Assembly (NCBI RefSeq): GCF_018977255.1
Contig: NW_024704742.1
Span: 117,678,001-117,742,000, forward strand
Source: Callorhinchus milii
Taxonomy: Eukaryota
Direction: 5' to 3'
DNA length: 64,000 nt
Position numbers and translations under genes: made by a program. This document shows positions 35,601 through 47,426 of the stretch, piece by piece. Positions within the stretch are counted from its first letter, which is position 1. Each line of letters starts with the position of its first letter. The notes under the pieces are model-generated. The model was not told the origin of the DNA, ran no database searches, and was given only the letters and a program-made list of their open reading frames with translations.

Positions 35601-38600
35601 TAATCCATATATAACCAATATTTGCATTCTGGTGTTGCAACATACTAGAATGGCCAAATAATGTTAACTTCCAAGATTATACACCTATCATCAACTCAAA
35701 ACACCATTTTACTATTAACATATTGTAACATTTCAATTAAGTTCCCTAAATATGTAAGGGATAATTAATGCATATTAATTTTTGATAAACCATTTAGGTA
35801 AATAGTAAGAACATATTCTTAAACAGCATTATAATATCAAATTTCTTTAATGATCATTAACAGATCCAAAAGATTCCCATTTACTGCAATGTGCTTATGC
35901 CCAATACAAAATCAAATCCAACTCAATCTAGAGTCATTTAAGCACTTGGCCTTTGGCACATCAGGGAACACTAACTATAAAATCGAAGAACCCTCTACTC
36001 ACCGTCTGAAGCAGGTTTTCGCACAATGTTTTTGCCCCTGCTAAACCTTCTGGCTTAGGATGGCTGTAAAAACAAGACATCAAAGGTACTTTAATAAACA
36101 GTAATACATATGATGAAGGACAATGAATTATTTAAATTTCTTTCTAATTTAATTGTTGAATAGTCACCTATTTTTCTGAACAAAAAACAGATACCGATTG
36201 GAAACGAGCTTAATTATGGCATAACTATTTAGAATAGGAATTGTAGCTCCTCTGAAGATTTGATGGATCAATTCAACAAACTCATGTAAGATTGAATTGG
36301 ATAGAATATAAAGGGCCAGGTTTGATCGCTAGTGTGTGCTGATGTAGCTGATCATAGCCAGAGCTCTTGTGGGGTCCCCATTGTCAGCAGTTTTCCCTCG
36401 ACAGGGGTGCATGGTAGGGAAGGCTTGAATGCTTTTCAGTAACCACACCTTTGTGGGCTGTTTCATTACTCCCATGTTCCAATAGCCTACCAACATCTAT
36501 CATCTTCATTCACTTAAGGAATGAAACTTGAACAAGGTAATGACGCCCATGGAACTGTACAGCAGAATGGGACACTGCTGGAGCCCAAAAGAATATTGAA
36601 ATGAAGAAAGGAAGCAACAAACATGGCGAGCAGACAACAGAAAAGCAGGGACGGTTTTAATTTTTTTCCACGGACCAATAATATTTGTGATAAATTGGAC
36701 AGCTGTTTTCAAAATTCACTACAACCTTCCCCAACCACTGCACTAGACTTTGTAGAAGAAGTATAACTTACGTGATATAAATATACATCGGTTCAAATGC
36801 TTCTCTTCCAGATGTTGGCTCAATGAAGCCTGATCCTTTGCCCCTGAGATGAACTTTGGCCCCTGTTTCATTCTGAATATGGTGCAGATAGGAACCTCCT
36901 GGGCCTTCCACTTTTTCTTTTGCATTGAAAGTAGGAGCATGCTCCAGACCGACAAAGATTTTGTCCTGAACAAAATGCATCTGTAAAAAAAGAGTTGAAT
37001 TTAAATAAAAAATCCAATATCAGCATTAAATGCAACACTATTCATATTCCTCTCCATCCTCATATCTGAATGTTTTCAGTACATTTGCAGGAATGCATCA
37101 AACTTTTTTTGGTAGAAATACTATTCATTTAAAGTTAAAAGTAATATTATTGCTTTATGCAATATACACAATGTTATGTTTTATATTATCCCAAATGAAT
37201 GCATTTTGACAAGGTTATTCAAAAAGGCCACAGGATTATTAATGTGTAAAACTAACTAGTGAATTTGGTATTAAAATTAAATAATTTGAATAAAACATAT
37301 ACAATATCAGGAATTTGCACTTTGTTGTCTTTCAATCAGGAATTCTATACAATGAGAAATCACAAATTGAACTATTATACACCAGGTTTAAGCCTTAAGT
37401 ATTTTTAACTGTATAATAGTTTTTTTTATTCCCATCACTTTTTTTAAAAAAAATGCAATGTTACAAACCACTTATAAGCCCGTCACAATAAATCCAGTTT
37501 AGCCAATATCACCTACCCCTGGCTGTAACTGAGGCAAGGAATTGTATGGAGAATGGTTATGTGAAGTCATGGAATTGCTCCTTGCAGTAGACGTTACTAC
37601 AAGTGGAAGAGGTTGTTTGATGGCTTCTTTTGCTAATGCCTCACCAATAATTTCCTTGATCCTGTTTACGGCTCCTAAAAGGAGGAAAGATATTCAATAT
37701 CTTACCTCACACATTCGTCCCAGTGGAAATTGTACACAGCTGATTAATTTCAAAAGAATCAAATATGAAATATTTCCAAACTATTTCTAACATAATTGAA
37801 GATATTAATGCAGCGTTTGTACTGCATTATTTAACAGCAAATCACCACAAACATGCAGTGTAAATTCAAGTTGAGGCAGTGCAGATTGCATTGGAGCCTC
37901 ACTCCCAACACCACTTCAGAGGTGTTTTCACCTGTATGATTTACGCCTGCAGAGTATAGAAATGCACTGAATTTCAATCACATTGGGCTCAGTCACCATA
38001 ATCTATTGAAAACTCAATGGACAGCGCAGGAACTTTCAACAGATTTTTCAAAAAAGCCAAGTGTTAACTGTTTTTTTACATTTAAAACTAACACCAGATT
38101 TTGATGTTCTGTACATGCTCTTAGACTGTGCATGTGCTGAAGACCAAAATCAGGCAAACAATGTTGAGCATTTACTCTACCAATGTACAAACAAATCACG
38201 GCAATTACTTTACATCTGCTAAGCTTTCATTATACTGGTGCAGAAATGCAAAATATTTGCAAGTCTCAAGAACCTATAGAAAAGTGCGATCCCTGATTTT
38301 TTTTATTGTAAATTATACAGCATTTGTTTAGGTAAAGGTGTAAACGATTCCCAACAGCACCTTTCCTGGCCATTGAGTGTTTGTATGCCGTATGAAGTTT
38401 CCACATCTAGAATAATACCCTTCAAATTACGAAACTTTACTTCTCAAATTCAAGTTAGAAAATGCCTGGTGGCCCCCATTCCCCCAAGTATTTCATGTTG
38501 ATATCCAGAAAGTTAATTATAAAAGTACACAGTTTGGGACCAGTTTCCATTCAAATATCCAGAATTATTTTATTCCAGAATAACCATGATAGGCATAAAA

Positions 38601-41600
38601 CTAAAATAATGTTTTTCAGGTGTTAAAGGCAGTTACAAATCAAACGGTCCTAGTTCAGAAAATCAAATCATAAACCATCTAGTGTATAAATTCTGAACAT
38701 TACAATAATGAAAGATATCTTGCTAGTATTTCGGGTACACAATGTGAGCAATTATGTGGTAAAAACTATATATACTAGCATCAGTACCCAGGTGATACAG
38801 AAGAATTACTGAATTTTAGTCACAATAAAATTAAACAAGTAGTATTTTCAGCATTTCTTACTGTCCACGCTGTCCTGCGTCTGGGCCTGTATGCAAAGGT
38901 AGAGGGGTCGATCCCTAAAAAAAAATTAAAATTAACTTAAAAGCATTTAAACTACTCTTCAACTACACTAACAGTAATACAGTAAAAATGTGTGGATTAC
39001 CACAAATGAACACTTTTGGCCTTTTTGTTACCAATTGACTGCCAAACTGCTACCAAACAATTACAAATTTTGCCACATATTCCTAAATTACAACAACTAA
39101 TAGAACTTGCATTTTAAATTAAGATTCACAAAACATTTTATTTGCCCGTGTTAGTGAGTTAGGCACTAACGACAGAGTTAAACAAAGAAAACCATTTTGT
39201 GAATACGGTGCGAGTACACCCAGAACCTATTAGTTCTCATGGTTCCAACTTCTGATGTTCATTCATGTTGAAAGCTTGAGAACCAGAACTTCCTGCTGCT
39301 CTGGAGGATTTAGTGAGAGACGAGCTGCTGGTAATTTGACTTTGACACCCACCTCTTTCACTGAGCTAAACAAAATGTCATCTTAGCAAACTTACTGACT
39401 AACCAAAGGCTAAGTATAGTTCTGTTTAAATTCCAAAACATTGTGGAATCTATTTGCATCTCAAAATAGCTGTTCAATAAATCACAAATATTTTGGAACA
39501 TTTAATCAAAGGACACTTATCCCTTAAAACATTTATTTTGTCTAAAGCAATACAATTACTTAAAAAAAAGATTTCTTATTAAACTGCAACAGTAGTGTAT
39601 TCCTTACCCTTGTACAGCCATCTGCTTCTCTTCTACTGTCATGAAACGCCCTCTAGTGGAAACAGCAGCACCACTGATCTTATTTATCTACAGAAAAGAA
39701 CACATTAAATAAGAAGTGTCATAAACATGCAAGACAGTATTAAAAACTGTTTCCACATTACTAATTTATTCTATATGTTTCTAATCATAACTGATTGACT
39801 AAACAAGAGGCCAAAATAAGGGCTCATTAAGAGTGCAGCAAATGACACCAGCCATGCAAGGATTTCCTACTATAAAAATATAAAATCACAATATGCCAAC
39901 ATATGTCTTATTCAATTAATCAAATACAAAATAAGGACATGATGTTTGCACTGCTATCCAACAACTGGGGATTGAATAGATCTTTGCAACTATTCAAAAA
40001 CACGAGTAAACCCTGAACTTGAAAAGCAATACTCATCATACAGTGAAATTCAGTTAAATGAATACTCAATTTGACAGCAAAAAATGATTCATTAATTTAA
40101 CTGGACTACATATAAGAGGAGCCTCGTCTCCCAGAACTCAAGCCATTTGGCCTCCAACCACACTGGAACCAAAAGCACTCTCCTCCACCAATCAGACCCA
40201 TCCACACTCATACGTGGCCAATCGACCAATTGCCCGCAACCTCTCTGGGGAGTGTAGGAAAGAGAGGGGATGATGAAGACGTTCACGCTGTATTGTAGAA
40301 GGCAGTGATTTGGGACTGTGCATTTATCCTGACTCAAGATTAATTGTTTTTATACAAATGGTCACAGGGAAAATTATTGAATAAGCTTAATTATTCATAT
40401 ATCCAATATTCAATTAACTGATCTGCATTCTTAGATTAGGTGTGGAAATTGTTTTGGATTTCTACTTTCTATTCAATAAACTTAACTATTCAAATATCCT
40501 ATATTCAATTAACCGAATTTCAATGCATTGTTAATTTAGCAGATATTTGCTCACTTAATTTACTAGAACAGAATTGCATCACAAATTTGCTTTAAATTTC
40601 TGTAACAAGCTAAATATGCTAATCTAATTATTCAAAATGTATAACATTCATTGTTTACCTCATCTTGAGTATGGCCTCTGGTCAGCAGATTTCTACAGAC
40701 AATAGGAACATCATTTATTTCAATCTCAGCCACCACCATATCATCTTTGTTCTTTAGATGGGACATCAATTTTGAAGGCATCATTGACTGGAAGGAAAAT
40801 ACTTTTAAGTAATCAGTTCAAGAGAACAAATAGGTTAGACCAAATTACAGAACAGCTCTGCTACTATTACAGTAATCAATTACTTATCTGGAGTAAAGAA
40901 AGACAAATTGATTGATTCCTAACTAAGCAGAAGAATGTATGCCTCAACAAGAAAAAGATAGCCAGTGTGACTCAAACCAGAATAACAGAGGGAGCTGAAT
41001 GTTTTTCTCATTCTACCGTCTTATTCTCTTTAAATGAAATGTAGTTTTGCATTCTTTACAAGGATTTATTTTAGCAATAATAATAATAATAATCCTTGCA
41101 TTTGATATAGCGCTTTTCACGTCGGGAGGACGTCCCAAAGCGCTTCACAGAACACACTGTAAAGTGAATTGACTGTATATTTGTGGGCGAACGCGGCAGC
41201 CAATTGCGCACAGCAATGTCCCACAAACAGTCGTAGATTGAAAATGACCAATTTTTTTTATTATTGTTTTTTGGTTTTTTTGGAGGGATTATTATTATCT
41301 TGTTGATACTCGTCAACAAGGTGATGTCTCACCACTGTAATCAACTTAACAACTTAAGCAAGACAACTTGGAAAGTATTGTTTCCCCAGTTCACAAGTAA
41401 CTAGAGCCAAGCATGATAAAATCAAACTGTCTTCCTTCACAGCAGACTGCCCAACCAACCCAGTTCCGCCCCCACCACCCCACGCTTTTGAATTAGAATA
41501 TACAATGAATAGCTGCTGCCCACTCTCATTAATTTTTTATATATTTGTAGTTACAGTCCCCAACAATTTATACTTAAATTAAAACCTTTCAGATAGGCTA

Positions 41601-44600
41601 AATTTCTCAAAGCATTTATATAGCACTTATCATTTAGGATGAATGTCCTCAGTGGCTAATCAGGAAATTTCAAGTGAGAAATAAAGTATGAAGATGTTCT
41701 CTAACACTAATCAACAAAATGTCCAATCTCCAGATCAATTCCTCTACAATTCCAAAATAATGTTTTCAGATCTCTTAAAAAGAGAGTTCTTGGGGCTCAT
41801 TTAGGGCAATAGCAAAAGTGAAGGCTCACTGGCATGGACTTGTTGGGCCCAATGGCCTTCTTCCATGCATATATATCATTCTATGTAATTCCCTACAATT
41901 CAACTTGTAGCTGTTTCTGGAACCTTGCTAATAGCTCCCTATAAACTCAGTTACCATACTTGACATTAATTACCTATGAAGCGCTTCTGAGTTTTCAACT
42001 GACAGAAGACTCTAAAAATGCAGGTTCTCTCTTTCAAAAGCAAAATCAATTTCCAAATTGTTTAGCAGTTAAGACACTCAATTCACATTGTTGTATTAAT
42101 ACATATATTTACAGCTGGAAAATACTATATGTAAGTCAGGAGTCCTGTTCAATTGTTCAAACATAACCCTTCCACTAGATTTTTTAAGTCATTAAACTTT
42201 AAGCCTTTAGATCATTTTGTTATGATGCATATCTATTGAAACCAGAGATATCCAGTAGGTACACCAAGAATTCTGAAGTAGAAACTGTTCAAAGACTGAC
42301 ATATTGATAGAGACTCACAAGTGACTCCTTGCTAGAAAGTGTAAGTTGTGTAAGTGTCAGGTGAGGACAGGATAAGGCTCAACTGTGATAAGCACCTTAA
42401 AATAGCCTGCCAAGACTCACAGTTGAGGTACAATTGTGAATAATTACCCTGTGGGATTGTGTTGGTGCCGTCCCAACACCTGTGTAACCTATGCCCCAGT
42501 AGAAGTCTTCAAGGAACGGGGAAAAGAAGTGATGGGATAAATATTGGCAGAATAAAATAATTCATTACTTACTCGGTTTTCCCTGCCACTTGGAGTCTGT
42601 GGTAGCTTTAGTTTCCCTTTTGCCATCAACATGGCATTAATTTTGGCAGCGGCAGCAGCAGCTGCCCCTAAAGCTTCTGATGAGGATTGAGGAGACTGGC
42701 TGACTGATGAAGACATAGAGGAAACTCCACCATGAACCCCAACTTGCGAGCCCGCTGAAGGAAAACTATTCATCTGAGACTCAATTTGTCCTGCCATCAA
42801 CCCAGGAGTTGGTTCTGGACGATCCCATTTACTACGACGCCTGCAAAGACAAAAAGAACATATCAGCTTTGTTTGTTAATACAGCTATATTCATTAAAAC
42901 AATTGGCCCCAATCATGCCTTCCACAATATGACAGATTATTTTGAGTATCTTAAACTTGAAAATATTATCTGTTAATAACCACCCAGAAGTAAATGGTCA
43001 GACCACAATTTGTTCACTCAAAGTATTCAATTCTCTTCACCCAACATTATAGTTTTCATCAATAACTTGCCACATAGAGGGAGGAGGGAAGGCGTGGTAC
43101 TGTAAGCTACCCCTTAATAAGTTCTTTGTAGAAATAACTAATTTGGCAAATTTATAGGATCACTCATTTTACTTTAATTTTTTCTTGTTACAGGATGGGG
43201 TTTACTTTCACAACCTCGACTCCAGGATCACTGCTGTCTTAACGAACTGTCTATCAGACATGAAGTCCTGGATGAGAGCCAATTTTTTTCAGTTAAATGC
43301 AGACGAGAACAAGGCCCTCCCGTCAGCAGCGCCTCACCTCAGGCACTGACTGCATCACTATTTAGGAATGCACTCTCCACCTCAAAAGTACAGAATCTAG
43401 GTACCTTGTTCAACCCTCAACTATCTTTTAAATCCACATTGCACCATGACCCATTCTGCCTTTCCCCACCTCCACAACTACCCCTCCCCTCGGGCCTCCG
43501 AGATCCTCATCCATGCTTTCACTACATCCCGGCTTGACGAAGCTAACTGCCTGCTCGCCAGAGTTCCCTCCACAAGTTGCAGATTATTCAGAACTCCACA
43601 GCTCAGGGCCTCTCCTGCATCAAGCTCCGTGAGTTGATCACTCCAATTCTCACACACCTTTACTGCCTCCCCATCCCCAAAGGTTCGTATTAAGATCCTC
43701 ACTTATAAAGAGCTCCACAGTCTTGCTCCTTCCTACCTCTGTGACCTACTGAAACATTACCAACCTATCCACTCCCTTCACTCAACTGACACTGGCTCGC
43801 TCCATGTACCCCGTCCTGCCTGCACTACTATCAGCGGTCTCTTTCTGCCCTGACTTTGTGGAACTCCATCCCAGAAACCCTCTGCCTCGCCCCCTCCCTC
43901 ATCTCCTTCAAGGCCCATCTTTGACAGCGCCTTTGGTCATCCTCTTACGTCCATCCCCCTCGACTCCAATACCGAGCTTGGGTGCAAATCCTTAACTGTC
44001 GGTGCCTTGGGATGTCTTCCCAACATAAAAGACACTATAAAAATGCAACTTCTTGTTGTTCTAAAAAGCTATTTCTCATAAGTGTAGGTTAACTTGCTAA
44101 TTTTCACAGGTAATCGAGGCATAATTGGTACAATTTTCCTCCCAAACAGTTTTCTAATCGCATACATTGACGAACTCAAAATTCTGAAAAAATTGTTGCA
44201 TGTATGTTTCCATTTTTAGTACCAACGCATTGGAATTATAAACATTACGAAATATGTTTTAACACCACCATCTTATTGGTAAGAGAACAACACCTTTCAA
44301 ATTTCTATTTAGTAAGCTTGTTTAACCACACCAACCATATGCTACTACTCCTGATGTTGTACAAGCCACCATTTATTTTTATAGTTGGGCAGCTAAACAC
44401 TGACTAATATGCTGGGGTTAGTACCTTTCCCACTCTCTGGGAAGGTCCACAAAACCTTACTATATACCGCATTTTCCGACTTGGTCAAAGCAGAGCATTT
44501 TAGCCACTTCGTTTGGTTATCAATGCTTGGCATCTATCCAGCTGTAAGCAACAAGTAGCAAGTTCACACAGCTTAGCAGTTGTGCCCTTCAGTAGCAGGA

Positions 44601-46072
44601 GTGACACCAACAATTTACAAGAGGCAAACATTGAACAAGAAGGTGCAACAAAGTAATAGCTAAAACACTGAATTAACAAAGTTAAACTCTGATGGAGGGA
44701 CATAGCTGAATAGTTAACCTATCTTTCACTTTTATAATAATTCTAGCATTTGATATAACACCTTATTACGTCTTCGAGACATCTCAAAGCGCTTCATAGA
44801 ATATACTGTAAAATGAATTGACCTGCATATTTTGTGGGAGAAATGCAGCAGTCAATTGCACACAGCAGTGTCCCACAAACAGAGAGATCAATTTTTTTTA
44901 AAAAAAGGAATTATCACTGCCGGAAAAGCAATCTGCCAATCATTAATAGCCGGTTTCCTACTTACGGCTAGGTAAACAGAGGTGTGTGGAATAAGGAAAC
45001 TTGCCCAACGTTTTGCCCTGCCAGGAATCAAACCCAGGTCTCTCACTTAATAATAATAATCCTTGCATTTGATATAGCGCTTTTCACGTCGGGAGGACGT
45101 CCCAAAGCGCTTCACAGAACACACTGTAAAGTGAATTGACTGTATATTTGTGGGTGAACGCGGCAGCCAATTGCGCACAGCAATGTCCCACAAACAGTCG
45201 TAGATTGAGAATGACCAATTTATTATTGTTTTTGGTTTTGGAGGGATTATTATTAGGCTCTGTGTGGAGTAAGGAAACTTGCCCAAGGTTTCGCCCTGAC
45301 CTGCCTGGGATTGAACTCAGGTCTCTCGCTTGCAAAGCAAGTGCTCTAACCACTGAGCTACACCTTTTATAATGGAACGTTTCAAAAACTACTGAAACTA
45401 TAAATCTATAGCAAAGTGTTAGTTTAAAACGGAAATAGTGCTACAGAATCACAACGTCATCCCATGGCGTACTCGAACATGGGTCCGAGGATATAAAACA
45501 GTGAAGAAAATCTAACAAAATGTACCATATTAACAATCAAGTGTAAGCAGTAATACTGAGTAGCCACTGTTCAACATTCGGACAGCAACTTATTAATATA
45601 TGAACTCGACGATAGCAGTAATAATCCTTGCATTTGATATAGCACCTTATCGTGTGGGAGGAGACGTCTCAAATCGCTTCACAGATTATACTGTCAAGTT
45701 GTTTGACTGCAGTTTGTGGGCGAAGCGCAAAACGAATCCCCCACCCCCAACCCCCAAAAAAAAAAAAAAAATCAAAATCGATCACCACGATCAGGTAAGC
45801 ATTTCAATACACGATGGTGAAACACGAGAATATTTCCGCTCGATGACATTTTATAGCGCGGCTGAGCTGCACGTCGGAAGCTGCAAAGGGGATTGACAAC
45901 CCACACGGCCGTTTGTCCTCGCATGAAACCGGACCGAAACGCATTCGAGATCAACATAGCAACAGCGAGAGCTGCGAACAGCAAAATCTTCTGGAAGGTG
46001 GTGGAGGAGCGAGCGACAAAAACACAAAACAAACTCGGGCGCGAAGTTGTTCAGATTGAACGCGAGTACAAC

Positions 46073-46103
<31 letters not shown>

Positions 46104-46761
46104 CTCTCTCTCGTTCTCTGCGACATTTTGAATCCCTCCTCCTCCCTTGAGTTACAGTTGGCAAAGTGAACATGGCTGTGAGAGAAAACGAGGTCACGCA
46201 CCGAGGGAGAGACGACGCCGCGCTCCCTCGCCGCCCCTGGTGTATCCCCCCCCCCGGCCGGAGCGGGCCGGGCCGGGCCGGAGCCGGGCCGGGGGCCCGC
46301 GGTGTACGTGTGTGTGACTGGCGAGAGGTCGCGTTGCTCGGAGCTGACGGCGTTTCCCCCTCAGGCCGTCAGGACACGGCCGAGGCTGCAAATCTCATCT
46401 CCCCGCCGCTGCCCGGCCCTGGGCCGCGACAACTCGTTCGCGCCTTTTACGCTCCCAACAGGCGCCGCCTGGGGCCTCCGCGCCGGCGCGGGCCTGGCCT
46501 AGGCCAAACCTCGACCTGACTCGATCCCCGGGCCGGGCCGAGCCGGGCATGGCCACCGCATCGACGCCGCCTTCTTCCAAATAAGCGTCTCTGCCGAGGA
46601 GGCGACCACACGCCGGTCCCCGGCCCACAGCGTGTCCGCCCACCCCACCACCGCGCCCCGGCGGCCCCGCTCGATCAATCGCCTTCGGTACAAAGCGCGG
46701 AGGAGGCCGTGTTCAGTTGAGGCACTTACCCCGCAGACTGCGGCGAACCCGCTGCCGACAT
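20319..46761 (-). CDS. KHDC4: KHDC4/BLOM7/KIAA0907-like KH-domain splicing factor, complete, 14 exons; complement(join(20319..20620,24312..24400,25150..25256,28635..28817,33972..34309,35477..35537,36003..36063,36772..36980,37517..37674,38862..38914,39608..39687,40659..40787,42573..42840,46730..46761)), 689 aa; possibly a paralogue rather than the orthologue of human KHDC4
   Basis: 2070 nt open frame over GT-AG introns. Family motifs: [141 protein letters not shown]. Confidence 0.95.
24312..24400 (-). CDS. KHDC4: KHDC4-like exon 13 ([10 protein letters not shown]...SLNMQ)
   Basis: cttgcag| ... AAG|gtgagg. Confidence 0.9.
24520..25090 (-). mobile_element. Degenerate L2 fragments
   Basis: [13 protein letters not shown] motif and an L2-type tail. 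Confidence 0.7.
25150..25256 (-). CDS. KHDC4: KHDC4-like exon 12 ([15 protein letters not shown]...GRGRER)
   Basis: ctcatag| ... AG|gtaatt; HGPxHxTNLG family motif. Confidence 0.92.
25981..26612. mobile_element. hAT-Charlie-type MITE
   Basis: TIR CAGAGGTTCTCAAACT / AGTTTGAGAACCCCTG; TSD CCATAATG / CCAAAATG. Confidence 0.85.
26800..27510 (+). mobile_element. Old CR1-like 3' fragment
   Basis: Degenerate 'attccagga..ttaaattatgaggacaga' and 'agatctaggg..ataaatta' segments with a CR1-like tail. Confidence 0.5.
28635..28817 (-). CDS. KHDC4: KHDC4-like exon 11 (VQHVNSAP...[10 protein letters not shown]...LLGYQ)
   Basis: ttcatag| ... CAG|gtaggt. Confidence 0.92.
29450..29840 (-). mobile_element. 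Deu-domain SINE
   Basis: Colinear with 8595-8950. Confidence 0.8.
29825..30043. repeat. Minisatellite, about 6 units of ~36-40 bp
   Basis: Unit TGAGCCRGGCTGACACACAGRCTGGGAGAGGGGAGAY. Confidence 0.9.
30257..30386 (-). ncRNA. SNORA47: Intronic box H/ACA snoRNA, SNORA47-like
   Basis: Sense to the host. Hairpin 1 is GGAGGA-[UUGAGAA]-AGUGAUACAGC/GCUGCAUUUACU-[GGUGAAC]-UCCUCC. H box AUAUUA (30325-30320) lies 14 nt from the pocket top. Hairpin 2 has AAUAGUG/CACUAUU and UUCUAC/GUAGAA stems. ACA (30262-30260) is followed by 3 nt; total 130 nt. The family name rests on recalled similarity to human SNORA47. Confidence 0.85.
30858..30963. repeat. 53-bp tandem duplication
   Basis: Two copies with 2 mismatches. 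Confidence 0.95.
31599..31907 (+). mobile_element. Full-length tRNA-SINE
   Basis: Same family as 112-428. Confidence 0.92.
33972..34309 (-). CDS. KHDC4: KHDC4-like exon 10, P/Q/S/Y-rich low-complexity region
   Basis: ttttcag| ... CAG|gtaaga; open in the required phase. Confidence 0.88.
35477..35537 (-). CDS. KHDC4: KHDC4-like exon 9 ([20 protein letters not shown])
   Basis: cccgaag| ... CAG|gtattc; an alternative same-phase donor 15 nt further (exon end 35462) is possible. Confidence 0.85.
36003..36063 (-). CDS. KHDC4: KHDC4-like exon 8 ([20 protein letters not shown])
   Basis: tttacag| ... ACG|gtgagt. Confidence 0.95.
36772..36980 (-). CDS. KHDC4: KHDC4-like exon 7 ([14 protein letters not shown]...[26 protein letters not shown]...PMYIYI)
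   Basis: tttacag| ... AC|gtaagt; second KH domain. Confidence 0.96.
37517..37674 (-). CDS. KHDC4: KHDC4-like exon 6 ([10 protein letters not shown]...QLQPG)
   Basis: cttttag| ... GGG|gtaggt. Confidence 0.93.
38862..38914 (-). CDS. KHDC4: KHDC4-like exon 5 ([17 protein letters not shown])
   Basis: tttttag| ... A|gtaaga. Confidence 0.95.
39608..39687 (-). CDS. KHDC4: KHDC4-like exon 4 ([27 protein letters not shown])
   Basis: tctgtag| ... GG|gtaagg. Confidence 0.95.
40659..40787 (-). CDS. KHDC4: KHDC4-like exon 3 (SMMPSK...[29 protein letters not shown])
   Basis: cttccag| ... GAG|gtaaac. Confidence 0.95.
41075..41297 (-). mobile_element. tRNA-SINE 3' part (young subfamily)
   Basis: Near-identical to 45048-45250. 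Confidence 0.9.
42573..42840 (-). CDS. KHDC4: KHDC4-like exon 2 (RRSKWD...[19 protein letters not shown]...ENR)
   Basis: tttgcag| ... CGA|gtaagt. Confidence 0.95.
43205..44060 (+). mobile_element. L2 3' fragment
   Basis: Colinear with 870-1590 and the L2 tail. Confidence 0.85.
44734..45362 (-). mobile_element. Two adjacent tRNA-SINE copies (44734-45047 and 45048-45362)
   Basis: Two (ATT)n tails and cores; the second copy has the tRNA head. Confidence 0.88.
46430..46635. repeat. Copy 1 of a ~200-bp direct duplication (copy 2 at 47226-47426)
   Basis: Near-identical sequence caactcgtt...cccacagcgtgt at both sites. Confidence 0.95.
46730..46761 (-). CDS. KHDC4: KHDC4-like exon 1 CDS ([11 protein letters not shown])
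   Basis: ATG inside the CpG island; donor GG|gtaagt; phase 2 matches exon 2. Confidence 0.85.
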
Positions 46762-47225
46762 AGTGAAGCCTCTCCCCCCGCGCGAGCCGGGACTGCGCAA
46801 AACTCACTGACGTCAGCGCGCACGCTGCCTCTGTGCAGCAACAATAACAACGAGGGACGTCAGCCGTGCGTGCGCCGTGCGTGCGTGCGTGCTCGCGCTG
46901 GCTGGCTGGCTGGCGGGGCGCACGCGCATGCGTGATTCAGGAGCCCTGTCTCGAGTTACCAGCGTCACTGACAGGTGCCTCGAGTCACAAGGTCACCAGG
47001 ACTGGTCTGGATAGAGAAGGCTCTTCAGACCATCCGATCTTGTCCTGGCAGAGCCCACACCATCATTACATCAAGACACTTCTTAAATTAGCAGTGTTTC
47101 ATGTCTGGGTGGGTGCGGGTCGCCACCCAGTGACTTCAGCTCGGTCTGTCTGGGCTGGTGCTCCATCATTACAGCTCCTCCATCCAGAGCAGCACTGAGC
47201 CCTCAACGGTGCCCTTTCCTGAGGG

Positions 47226-47426
47226 CAACTCGTTTGCGCCTTTTACGCTCCCAACAGGCGCCGCCTGGAGCCTCCGCGCCGGCGCGGGCCTGGCCTAGGC
47301 CAAACCTCGACCTGACTCGAACCCTGGGCCGGGCCGGGCATGGCCACCCCATCGACGCCGCCTTCTTCCAAATAAGCGTCTCTGCCGAGGAGGCGACCAC
47401 ACGCCGGTCCCCAGCCCACAGCGTGT
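47226..47426. repeat. Copy 2 of the ~200-bp direct duplication
   Basis: See 46430-46635; a few substitutions and one 5-bp indel. Confidence 0.95.
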
